A stretch of 64,000 nt of DNA from Basidiobolus meristosporus CBS 931.73 (taxonomy: Eukaryota > Fungi > Basidiobolomycota). The stretch spans positions 1 to 64,000 of the forward strand of contig MCFE01000225.1 in NCBI GenBank assembly GCA_002104905.1. Direction: 5' to 3'. Below are positions 1-10,759 of this stretch, piece by piece (position 1 is the stretch's first letter; the number at the start of each line of letters is the position of its first letter). The notes beneath the pieces were generated by a model. The model was not told the DNA's origin. It searched no databases and saw nothing but the letters and a program-made list of their open reading frames with translations. The translations under genes and the position numbers were made by a program.

Positions 1-27
1 ACTGCAGGCGATGCAAAGTCCGAAATA

Positions 28-698
28 TCAACAAGTAGTGCGACAAAAAGGTATAAAACGAAAGCGTGCAATCAGGGGGCTCGGATGATTAGTGCCAGAG
101 TCTACGCTTTTCGGTGGCTCATGGGCTATGAGCAAATGCTTTGCAAGTGTAGATTTTCTTCGGAAACTATTGGCAGATATTAGCGTCAGTAAGCAACCCA
201 TTCTTGGAGCAAACGTACCTTTTGCCACACCCCAAGGACTGGCATTGATAAGGCCTATCTCCAGCATGTATTCTCCGGTGACGGCTGAGCGAGCTGCTGT
301 CACTGAACGATTTATCACAATCCTCCCACGTGCAGTGAAACGGCCGCTCCCCCGAATGTGTTCGCAGGTGGATCGTCAGTGAGGATTTCTAGTAGGCGAC
401 ATTCGTGAGATATTGAATAGCTGAATTGGCATCCTTTCCGCTCTTACCTGAATGAAGCTTTGATTGCAACCAGTCTCGGTACATGTGTATGGTCTAGAAT
501 GATGGTTAATGCCCGATCACGAAGATATATTTGATGGCCCACCCCAAGATATCATTGTTACCTCTCATTGGTGTGGATTCTTTGATGACGCATCAAATCC
601 GCACGGCGTTTAAAAGCCTTCTTGCAGCCTGGCCATAAGCAAGAAAATAACCTTTCTTCTGGCACATGTACGGGATTGATCAGATCCAGTATATCCAT
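28..698 (-). CDS. C2H2 zinc-finger transcription factor, 4 fingers, 4 exons (not captured as one ORF)
   Basis: Manual splicing on the minus strand gives [133 protein letters not shown]. It has TGEKP-like linkers and GT..AG introns, and it ends at the stop of ORF 28..318. Confidence 0.85.
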
Positions 699-1897
699 AA
701 TGAATGGCAGTTGTTGGCAGGTGGAGGGTACACAGCAAGGACAAGATGATCGATAAAATGCTAGTAACTAAGCGATGGATATGGCGGAGGGAGCAGTTTA
801 TAAATGGTGGTCAAGCCATCAATTCAGTTGACTGTGCGCTACCCCTAAATTATAAATCATGCACCAGCTGTTTCAATGATATCCAGTTTCTGACACTCCA
901 TGTCCACCGTTCCAATAACTACTTTTATAGAAGCGTATTGAACCTTGACTAACTAGCCCCGGATTTTCCATATTTGCGCTGATTAATCTTTTCTCACATA
1001 CCGTCTACAACAGATGGTCAGTGTTGGAGCCTGAGTCGGACAATTTCTCAATTCATGGCAATCGGAATGGGGAGTGAAGCGGAGGTCAGGTCTAAGGAGA
1101 TACTGGTGATATGTATCAGTACTTTCTGGGCTGTGGAGTGGAGATACCGGCTATATAGCACCATATTTGTGGGTGGAAATACTTGCAGTATATCACTGTG
1201 GAGGGTGAGGAGCGTATAGAACATAGACCATAATATTTGCCTGCCTCGGCGCATACGACTTATCACAGGTTATATGCTTTATTAAGGTATCACCTTGCAA
1301 GCTCGCTCCTTATCCGTGCTTTAAAAAGAAGGATGGTCATCTAGCCTCCTTATTAATGCAAGCCATCTACTATTTCACCACAGTGATCGCCGATAATTCA
1401 CTTGCGATGGCGTAACAAGAATCGGAGGGGCTAATGATGTTCTTTGTGCCAGTTTCAATCAGTGGTAGTGGCAGTGACGCAGCCTCAGTCTCACTGAAGT
1501 GCTGGTAAACGCTAAACTCAATGCACGAATGGAGGTTAGCAGCCAATTGCATCTAGGGCGTCTGCTCGTGGCCTGATATTTCATGGTTGAGAGGAACAAT
1601 CCATATAAACACCTCTAGGATTACACCAAACCCACGTGGACAAACCACTTGGCAGAGTAAAATCGATGAAAAATCACCAACTTGCGATTGTTAGGAATTT
1701 CCACCCAATCGGTCATGTGATGCAACCATTTTGTCGGATTGCACCAATGATCACTGGTTGTATCAACATTTGGTTACCTTGCAGTTTACACAAAAGTAAC
1801 CATTCCTCATGCCTCTCGGATATATATTGGCTTCAGGCGGTTCATCATCACTACAGTTTCTAGCTCATACACTCTGCAGTTAATAGAAAACGTAGCC

Positions 1898-3526
1898 ATG
1901 GTACGTCTAGTCTTGCTCGCATCGATTTTTGCCGCTGTCACAAACACCGCCTATGCTGGGGTATTCCGTAGAGAGGATTTCGAACGTGTTACCATTGTTC
2001 ACACCAATGATCTCCACGCCCACCTTGATGAATTCAACAAATTTGGTACCGATTGCACCCCGGACCAGATAAAGAACCAGCAATGTATGGGTGGCGTTGC
2101 TCGTCAGAAGACAGTTATTGATCGCCTGCGTAAGCAATACCCTGACTTGTACTTGTTCGATGCAGGAGACCAATTCCAAGGGACTCTGTTCTACAACTTC
2201 TACAAAGGAAACGTCACAGCCAAAATCATGAACCAACTCGAATACGATCTCATGACCGTTGGGAATCATGAGTTTGACGATGGGCCGGATCATTTGGCCA
2301 AGTTCATTAAACAGCTGGACTTCCCCGTGGTCAGCTCAAATATTGATGCTAGGAAGTCCCCCGCTTTCAACAAGGTAGTGAAGCCCTACCATATCTTCCG
2401 GAAGCACAACCTGGGCGTCATTGGGTACATCACCAACACCACTGCCGCCATTGCACCCAAGGCTTCCAACATCACGTTCTTTGACCCTGCGCCGTATGTG
2501 CAAAAGTACGTTGATGAGCTTCGCAGAAAGGGAGTCAAGAAGATTGTGTGCGTCAGCCACAACGGATACCTAGATGATGTTGACCTCGCTAGACGCACCA
2601 GGGGGATCGACCTGATTGTTGGTGGGCACAGCCATACCTTCCTTTCCAGCACTAGAAACGATCCCAACTATGCATCCGCCTTGGGACCCTACACAACTAA
2701 CGTCAAGAACCTGGACAACGAAAACACCTACATAGTGCAGGCTTGGGCATGGGGAAGATATGTTGGCCATGTTGATCTTTTCTACGATAGAAGAGGCAAG
2801 ATCGCTGGGATCGGAGGAGAGCCGATCTACCTCGACTACAAGATTCCAAAGGATCGCAAGACTGAGAAATCCGTGAAGGAGTGGCGAAAGCCATTCGACG
2901 CCTTTGCTGATGTGGTGATCGGGAAATCCTCCGCGGCTTTTGACCAGGCTAGCTGTCAGAGTAAGGAATGTACCGCTGGGAACTTGGTTGCTGATGCCAT
3001 GCTCTGGGGACGCCGCGAATCACCGGACGTTCGCTTCGCCTTGATCAACTCGGGCGGTATCAGAGCCGGGATCGATGCTGGAGATGTGAAAGTGCGTGAT
3101 ATCCTAACCATCGCTCCTTTTGGCAACGCCTTGTCTGACGTCACTCTGTCTGGAAAGCAAGTGGTGACCATGCTGGAGGGGGTGGCCTCAAGGGTCAATT
3201 CCGTGTTCAACAAGCCAATCACCAGCTTCATTCAGATCTCTGGAATCAAGTTCACCATCAACTCGGGTGCAGCAGTGGGCTCCAAAGTGAGCGATGTCCA
3301 GATCCAAAGCAAGGACAGAAAATCGTTCGAGCCTATCAAGGCAGACGAGGCCTATCGCTTCGTTACATTAGACTTCATCGTCTCTGGTGGAGACAACATT
3401 CTACCCATCCCCGCCTCTAACCCCGTGGCCTTGGATACCCTCGACGCTGTCCTGACGAACTATATCAAGGAGAAGGGCACCATTGACCCCTACACCGATG
3501 GCAGGATCACCATCAAGACTGCCTAG
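1898..3526 (+). CDS. Secreted 5'-nucleotidase (metallophosphoesterase + 5'-NT C-terminal domain), intronless
   Basis: 542-aa ORF with a signal peptide and the motifs HTNDLHAH, DAGDQFQGT, GNHEFD, SHNG, GGHSH and NSGGIR. Confidence 0.95.
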   Translation: MVRLVLLASIFAAVTNTAYAGVFRREDFERVTIVHTNDLHAHLDEFNKFGTDCTPDQIKNQQCMGGVARQKTVIDRLRKQYPDLYLFDAGDQFQGTLFYNFYKGNVTAKIMNQLEYDLMTVGNHEFDDGPDHLAKFIKQLDFPVVSSNIDARKSPAFNKVVKPYHIFRKHNLGVIGYITNTTAAIAPKASNITFFDPAPYVQKYVDELRRKGVKKIVCVSHNGYLDDVDLARRTRGIDLIVGGHSHTFLSSTRNDPNYASALGPYTTNVKNLDNENTYIVQAWAWGRYVGHVDLFYDRRGKIAGIGGEPIYLDYKIPKDRKTEKSVKEWRKPFDAFADVVIGKSSAAFDQASCQSKECTAGNLVADAMLWGRRESPDVRFALINSGGIRAGIDAGDVKVRDILTIAPFGNALSDVTLSGKQVVTMLEGVASRVNSVFNKPITSFIQISGIKFTINSGAAVGSKVSDVQIQSKDRKSFEPIKADEAYRFVTLDFIVSGGDNILPIPASNPVALDTLDAVLTNYIKEKGTIDPYTDGRITIKTA

Positions 3527-3623
3527 TCACATTTTTGAGATAGAACTTTTGAAATAAACTATCGGCCGCTTAATTGCCACTTCATTGCCGCTTCTTAACT
3601 TTATAGCTTTGAATACAGATAAT

Positions 3624-4393
3624 CTAGCTCCAGAACTTCTTGATTCTCCAAGAGAATATGACGACTACTGAAAGATAGGAGAACCAAATCAACGAGACAA
3701 ATCCGTTCGACACATTCATCCAAATCCAATTCGAGGCCAATCCGAATCCCAGCACCACCCAAGTAACCCCCAGCACCAGGTAGCCAAACCTTCTGTGAAG
3801 TTTGACGTACTTTTTCGCCTTCAACGTGCTTCCAAAGAGATTTGGAAAGTACACGAGGGAGAGCCCAAACATCCCTATCATGGTATAAACGACGGCCAGA
3901 AAGAGCCCCAGGCAACCGTGCCAGCTCGTGAAGTGAGGCTTGTTGAGGAGGTTTTTGTTCCGGAGGATCACCAAGAGTCCAGCGAATAGACTGGTGACTC
4001 CAAGGGTATGTAATATCTGGTGGAATCGTACAAGCTGCCTGGACTTGGGACGCGTACGCGGTACTTGTAATTGTATGATGGCTTAAGCGCAATTAGCGTA
4101 AACGTCCCACAGAGACACGAGAGCAGCCAGTACTTACCTTCACTGCAGCATAGCATGAACACAGTCATGAAAAGTGGGTGTAGACTAAATAGCGAATAGC
4201 TACTAAAATAGATGACTGAGAACAAAATGACCCCAAAAGTGAGTAAAGATATCCTCAAAGGTAGCAAGAACTCGTTACTGGTAAGGGGCTCTTCTTTTGT
4301 GGGGTGGTTGTCTAGAAAGCCGTCGTGCTCCTCTAATTCAATGCCGTTGTCTAATGCAAAAGGATCCTCAGCTGGATTGTCTTTGCTGCTCAT
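3624..4393 (-). CDS. Cytochrome b561-family membrane protein (CYB561D2-like), 2 exons
   Basis: Intron from 4137 (GTAAGT..GCTAAT..AAG) joins the two ORFs. Four candidate heme His motifs are present: LHPLFM, FHQIL, SWHG, LHRRFG. Confidence 0.85.
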
Positions 4394-4707
4394 AATGGTT
4401 TGTAGTTGCGGTTGTCTGGAAGGCAGGCACTTGTGAGAAACTGAGGGAAATCGAAGGAATCCAAGCAACCCTCTTATCTATGGTTTGGAGAAGCTTGACA
4501 CAGATTGAATTAAAGGGGTGGCTGAAAACACTTGCCAAACAAGTTAATATATCTACCGTGTTTTTGATGACATTTCCAGCTGCAGTCACCTGATTACAAG
4601 CATGAATGATGGAGGTTAGGGATTTATTGTGGTTTTTTTGTACAGACTTTGTGGAAGTTACAATGACAAACAAACAAAAAGACTCCGGTGATGGATGGGG
4701 AAATCCT

Positions 4708-7202
4708 CTATGAGATATCATTGGAGCTTGTTATGGAGGGCGTAGACCTTGATGCAGTAGTATCCTCCAACGATGAAGCACACGAGGACCACTCGTGTAT
4801 TGACGTAGCATTGGTTTGGCTGCTGGGCTTTTGCACTCCGGTATTCATTATTAATGTGGGCTTAGAGACCATCAGATTTGGGTCGGCGGCGGTATTGGCG
4901 ATCACAAGAGACTCATGGGCACTCTCTTTCAACGATGGTTCCTGAGGCATACGTTCCCGATCCCGGACGGACACCATAAAACGGGTCAGTTGCTCGATAT
5001 CAACTTTGGTGGAATCTGAACCTTCTAGAGTATGCAGTAAAGGTTCGAGAAGCTTGTCTACCCTGTCCACAGGAATGTCGCAACATGCAGCAATCAATTT
5101 CTTGTACCTCCCCTCCATCGGCCCTTGTTGCTCCACCTCTCCCACTACTGGCGGCTCAAGATCATTGTCATGGGCCGCCAAGGTTAGTGATGAGTGTGAC
5201 TGCGCAACGGGTGCTGCAGTGATGTACTTTCGAAGCTGCTCGTCCTTCTGCTTCAAGGCTCGCTCGAGCTGACTAACCTTCATTTGTGCTTCTATTAATC
5301 GATTAGCCTGCGATTGGGATTCCTGAACCAAACGTCGGTTCTCGTCAAGCTCTTTCCCAATAGCCTTGATATGATTGCTCATCTCACGCAATTGACGTTT
5401 TTTTGCTTTAAGCTCGGTCACGTAAGTTGAATCAAGTTCCGTAGCCATACTCTGGACAGCTGCAGAGGGAGAAAAGTTGGAGGAGAATGGTTTAGAATGG
5501 ATTGGTATACTTTGAAAAATATGATCTATACCTTGGATAAACTCGAGACATTGCTTAGAAGGGCCCGTTTCTTCATTCTCTTCTGTGTCAGAATCGTTCA
5601 CAAAACCTGAGAGATCCGGTAAACTAGAAAGATTACTAGCCACAGGTTCGATCTAATGTTGATGTGTTTAACCGCTGCTTGAATGCATATGAAAGAGACA
5701 GAGTATGAGTGTGCTCGATCTCGTTACCTTTTGGTTGTGCTGATTTGTATGGTCCAAATTTCTCAAGGTCTCTTTCACCAACTCCATATCATTTGGCTTC
5801 ACTCCGTTGTTGTTTGCTATCTCGGGGTTAGCTTTGGCGTCTAGTAGAAGCTTGATCAAGCTCTTGGTATTTTGTCTTGCGGCAATACTCAGGGCAGTAT
5901 CACCTTTTTTATCCTGTATATCGAGTATATCCGGATACAAGTCAGGGTGTTGCGAGAGCCAGTTCAGAGCGGTCTCCATATAATAGTTCGCAGATAAGAG
6001 TCGGCTCTTTGTACCACCCATGGCGGTAATGTGGTGAAATACGGTACGATGTTTATGGTCGGTAAGTGGGAGATTTTCTTGCAAGAGCTCTACTATTTGG
6101 GGAAAGGTACGCCGATCATAATTGTTGGTGACGAGGACAGCACGAATCAACGCACACTCTTGATTGTTATTTAGACGAAGACTATCTGCGCCCTTGCTGA
6201 TAAGCTGCTCAAGCACTTGGACATGCCCTAACGCTGCTGCCCAATGAACTGCACTGTGTCCCTGCTCATCAATGGCCATATCAAAGCTGAATTCAACTGG
6301 TAAGTCAGCCTTGTGAAGGAGTTCTGGCAGCTCTGTCGGGTGATCGCTCATGAAAATCCCCATCAATGCAGTTCGATAGGGATCACTAGGATTCGCAACC
6401 TCTTTATTGACGGCAGCGATATGTCGTGAAGCAGCAGTCTGGTTGTAGCCGTTGTTGGTGGAAGGGAACGGAGGAGAGCCATTTAGCTTATGTTTTTTCC
6501 TCGGTGGATCCGACATTCGGTTGTTCATCGAATACTGTGATTTTTCGACACTTGTGATTTGATTCATAACCCCTTTACCACTCTCCGACTTGGTACGTTT
6601 TAAAACTGGGCTTGACGGTGGTGCCGGGGAGCTCTGCTTCCGCTTATGGCTATTAATATTAGCGGCCTGGGATTTTTGCGCAGCAATAGCCTGTTCTCTT
6701 GCTTGCTCCTTTGTTGGCGTTTTATCTTTCGAGCCGTTTGCTGTTGGGTTATAATACAACAAAGGATGAAGGCACTCTTCCACCTCATATTGCTCGGCCA
6801 ACTCCACACCCCTTTCGAATGGCACCCTAAAATAGCCAACATATTTAAGGTTAAAACGTCTGCTGTGAAATAGATGTTGGGCAGTATTACAACGGAATAC
6901 ATTTTCCAGCGCAATCAAAACCAAGAAACATATTTGAGACCAAGATCATAGAGTCAAACTTACCAAGTTCCTTGATACTTTCCGTACCCTCCTTGGACTT
7001 TTTCGTGAGTGCCGTGCAATACTTCTCGCTCCAAAATCTTCGTTCTCTTTCCCTTCTCTATCCCTGCGACCTTGAGTATTTGCGTGGCGTTTAAGTAGGA
7101 ATCACAACGTCGACGCATGACTGCAATCCCTCGACACATCATTTCATAAACTGGAACTCCAGAATACACTGCGGAATATATCTTACTTATATCGACGGAC
7201 AT
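4708..7202 (-). CDS. MBP1: MBF/SBF transcription factor subunit (APSES/KilA-N + ankyrin repeats + coiled coil; Mbp1/Res1/Res2-like)
   Basis: The N-terminal sequence [49 protein letters not shown] is followed by ankyrin repeats ([16 protein letters not shown]; [14 protein letters not shown]). Confidence 0.92.
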
Positions 7203-8191
7203 AATATTGACAGGGCAAGGAAAATGTAACTATATGAAATGGTAAAAAGTAATCAAAAAAGTAAGACGAGAAAAGATGTATATACGAAGTGAACACGTCT
7301 TCAGAACAAAGGGACTCCCGTGAAATATGTGATGAATAGGAGAGAATGGGTAAGCTGGTACAGTTGGATGGTTGATCGGGAAAATGAAATGTTTATCTGA
7401 GGGATGCGCTCGGCTAATCTAAGATCCCACAAGAGCAAACAGTAGGTATTTACTGAAGAAAACTGGCTTAGACGTAGAAGTCTCTACCTAAAGTACTTTT
7501 GACCTCCGTAAACCGAAAAAGTCAAATTGAGAGAAATTCAGCTAACAAGGCTGTGTTCATAGGGTGTGTTAACACGTACCCAAACCGTTTCCGAACCAAA
7601 GTGGAATGATGGAATCAATTTGGTGGATAGCTTCTTTGTTGTTGATCTTTGGACATGTTCAAAAATTCACCCAAATCAGTAACTCACGAGTTCGTGAGGA
7701 AAAGCAAAAAAGGGGGAAATCTTGGATCCATGATAGGTGCACGATAATCGTAGGAACGCGTGTGCATAAATTTCGACGAAAGGAAACCACGACAGCCAAT
7801 GCTTTTTTTCCGAGCAACACAATGCAAAAATCGGATTGTTTAAGAAGCGAAACTCGGTCTATTTATTAGCGTTCAATTAGCATACATGCACAAAATAACA
7901 CGTGCTCAATGTTGGATTCCAGTGTGAGCAGCTTCATTGTGAGAAGAAGCCCTGTATTAAGGATGTCCGTTGATCTATGATAACAGGGTGGATTCGGGTT
8001 GAAACCGTATCCAAACCTGAGCGCAAGTAGCCCATGTAGTCAAATCATCGACTCACGAGTTGTTCTGCGATCAATGTAAACCCTCATTCATGTGAAAAGC
8101 TGCCTCATTTATACTTGAAAATGAGGGGCAACCCCAAAAGCGTGATCAGACATTTCCTGCTTTCCACGCGTGGCCTCCTCTATTCTCCAAC

Positions 8192-8728
8192 ATGGCCGAA
8201 CCATTGTGCATGTTTGTGGTGGTTCGCAAGGACCTTGTCAAGGTAGCAAGGAGATGCTTCTTACAGTTGTATGCATAAATGACTAAATTTCTTCAACCAC
8301 GAATTCTCAGTCACTAGGCTGGCCCTTGGGAAGGTACGTAATATTCAATCCCATGTATGACCATTACTAATGTTCCAGGTAGCATCCTTACTCAAGCATG
8401 CCACGCTTCAACTGCTGCATTGTGGACCTACAGAGAGGATCCTAGAACGAAAGAGTATGTCTCCAACCTCGACGGTATGCACAAAGTGGTTTTAGAGGTC
8501 AGTGTATCATGAAACACTTACTCCTACGCTTGTATTGAGACATGGCTTATATCAAAGACAAAAAATCTCAATAGCCTGACTACGGTTCAGGAGAAGCTTA
8601 AAGACCTGAATATCCCATACAGAGAATGGCTGGAGCAGCCTGAGAACATCGTGACTTGCCTCGCAACGGTTCCGGTGCGCAAGAGCGAGGTCAAAGATGC
8701 ATTCAAAAAATGCCAACTCTGGAAATAA
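8192..8728 (+). CDS. PTRHD1: Putative peptidyl-tRNA hydrolase PTH2-family protein PTRHD1, multi-exon
   Basis: Spliced product reads MAEPLCMFVVVRKDLVK..QACHASTAALWTYREDPRTKEYVSNLDGMHKVVLE..WLEQPENIVTCLATVP..VKDAFKKCQLWK. Confidence 0.85.
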
Positions 8729-8825
8729 AGTAGATTTGGAGCTTTTATTCGGCATGAATAGTGGGGTATATGTACATCGATAGAAGATCAAGACATAAGG
8801 TCTAGGGAAATAGTCCCCTGGTGTA

Positions 8826-9872
8826 TTATTGGAATGAAAGGAGACGGGGTTTTAAAGGTGAGCCATCAATCAAGTCTTCCATGCGAGCGGGATACTTGCG
8901 ACCACGGCTAGAGAAATGGGTTATTTAGAGCTGGATCTTGACATAACAGCCATGAATTGACTTACATGCACATCCCAAATCTGATCGCAGCGAGATCCAC
9001 TTTTCTCGCCGGCTTCTCGTTGACATCGAACGGGTTGTTGGGTGACATCTGGGGACCAAGGAACTTGGTTGTTCTGGTCTTGGTGGTCACTATCTCGACC
9101 TTGGGTGGTTCGATGGGCGACAGCTCCGACACCGCAGATGAGAACGAGGCTAATGAAGAGTTGTCGGACGAAGGGTCAGTGCATTCTGGTGGCTTGGTGA
9201 TCACAATCTCAGTCTTGGTTTCGAGATGGTCCTCAATCACTTGAGTATCCTTGAATACCATCTCCGTGTCCCATAAGAAGCGCGGCTGGCAGGGTAAATC
9301 AACATCTTTGAGGATGTCCCAGATGCTGAATCATTACTGTTTAGTTAGGTGTAGCAGATAAATGCCGATTCTAGACGCGTTACCTTCGAGATTCCTTCTC
9401 TGAGCTATTGAAGTAAACGTGCTGAGGTTAGCAAATATCATCAAGGTAGTTCTCGCACCTCAGATACTCACCTTAAATCAACCCGTTTCCTCTGAGTGAC
9501 TATCTTTTTGACATTGGGTAAGGCTACTTTTGAAGTGATATCAAACGGGTTGTTTGGTGAGCTTTTGAAGTTATTTACAAAGCGTGCAGTCTTGAGTGTA
9601 TGTTCGCCAGAGGTCGACTTGACTGTGACCTCTCTAGATACTAGTTGCCCGAATTTAGGAACAATAGGAGCACCAGGCTCTTCATCATTGATAGCCTCTT
9701 CAGGATCCTCGGCTTCTAGGGCAGGTATGGAAGCATCTAACGCAGGAGCTCCCTCTGAGCAGCCGCATAGCTCCACTCTTGGGGGTGAAAAATAATCGCC
9801 AACATAAAATGGGTTGTTTCCGTGGTCAAGCTCAATGCCACGAGAAGGTTTTCCACACTGTGCACATGCCAT
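8826..9872 (-). CDS. Hypothetical protein with three NPF motifs and an internal repeat; start uncertain
   Basis: ORFs 9468..9875 and 8962..9261 are joined by canonical introns. A GTAAGT donor at about 8965 adds a last exon RGRKYPARMEDLIDGSPLKPRLLSFQ*. No family was recognised. Confidence 0.6.
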
Positions 9873-10759
9873 CACTAAATATTTAATATGAGCCCGCCGA
9901 GACGTTCACCTGAACAATTTAACGTATAGAACCGATATGCTAACCAATATAGCAGTGAGCTGAAACACAACTGGTATGCGAAGGAAATGTCTAAAGTTGT
10001 TGAAAGAGAGATGGGTATGCAGAGTGCCAAACTATGAACAGAGTAAACCAGCGTCTGTGTCCCCAAAGAAAAAAAGGTTACGATATGATGTTTTCAGATA
10101 GTTGTCCCGTACATCACTCATCATTTTTTGTAAACAATCAGTTGTGTAAACAAAGTTGCAACCGACACCGATCACATAGCACATAGCACACAGCGAGCTC
10201 GAATTCAGTTAGGCAGGAACGAAAAGTTACCACTGAAAATCGAACAAATCAACTCTTGACACTGTTTCGTGATTAACTCGTGAAATTAATCAACTTGCGA
10301 AACCTTAATTACCTCGAGAATGTTTTGGAAGATGATGGACATGTGTGTTAGAAGTGTTATTAAAATTTCATCGATATTTTTCCTTGGAGTTGGCTGCTAA
10401 AAAGGGTTTTTTGTCTCTAATACCAGATTCTTGATTTTATCAGCTTCTTTATTTTCCCTTCTTCCAAGTATATATTTCCCTTTGGGTCCGAGTCTACTGG
10501 AGTTTCCCTGGAGTTGCCACGGACTAAAGAAGAGTTTTTGAAGAGCCCGAAATAGAAAATAGTACCTTTGGCTGTACTTTTGTTGCTTTTCATTCAGTTT
10601 AAAGGGGTTTTTCTCAAGTGGAAATTGGTAGATCTAATTCTTTCCTAGCACTTATTTCAAGAAAGTGGCTTGTTGAAATTTCCATTCCAGCGTAGTGTAG
10701 TTTCCTTCTACGCGTAAAACTTGACACCTCATAATTCCTGTTTCATATCAACAAATTAC

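Noticed and set aside
7756-7761. ACGCGT (MCB) upstream of the MBP1-like gene, suggesting autoregulation
   Set aside because: A single 6-mer is expected many times by chance in 64 kb, and there is no cluster.
10172-10194. CACATAG/CACACAG x3 repeat resembling the reverse complement of the 21754 repeat
   Set aside because: Low-complexity microsatellite-like similarity, too short to support a shared element.
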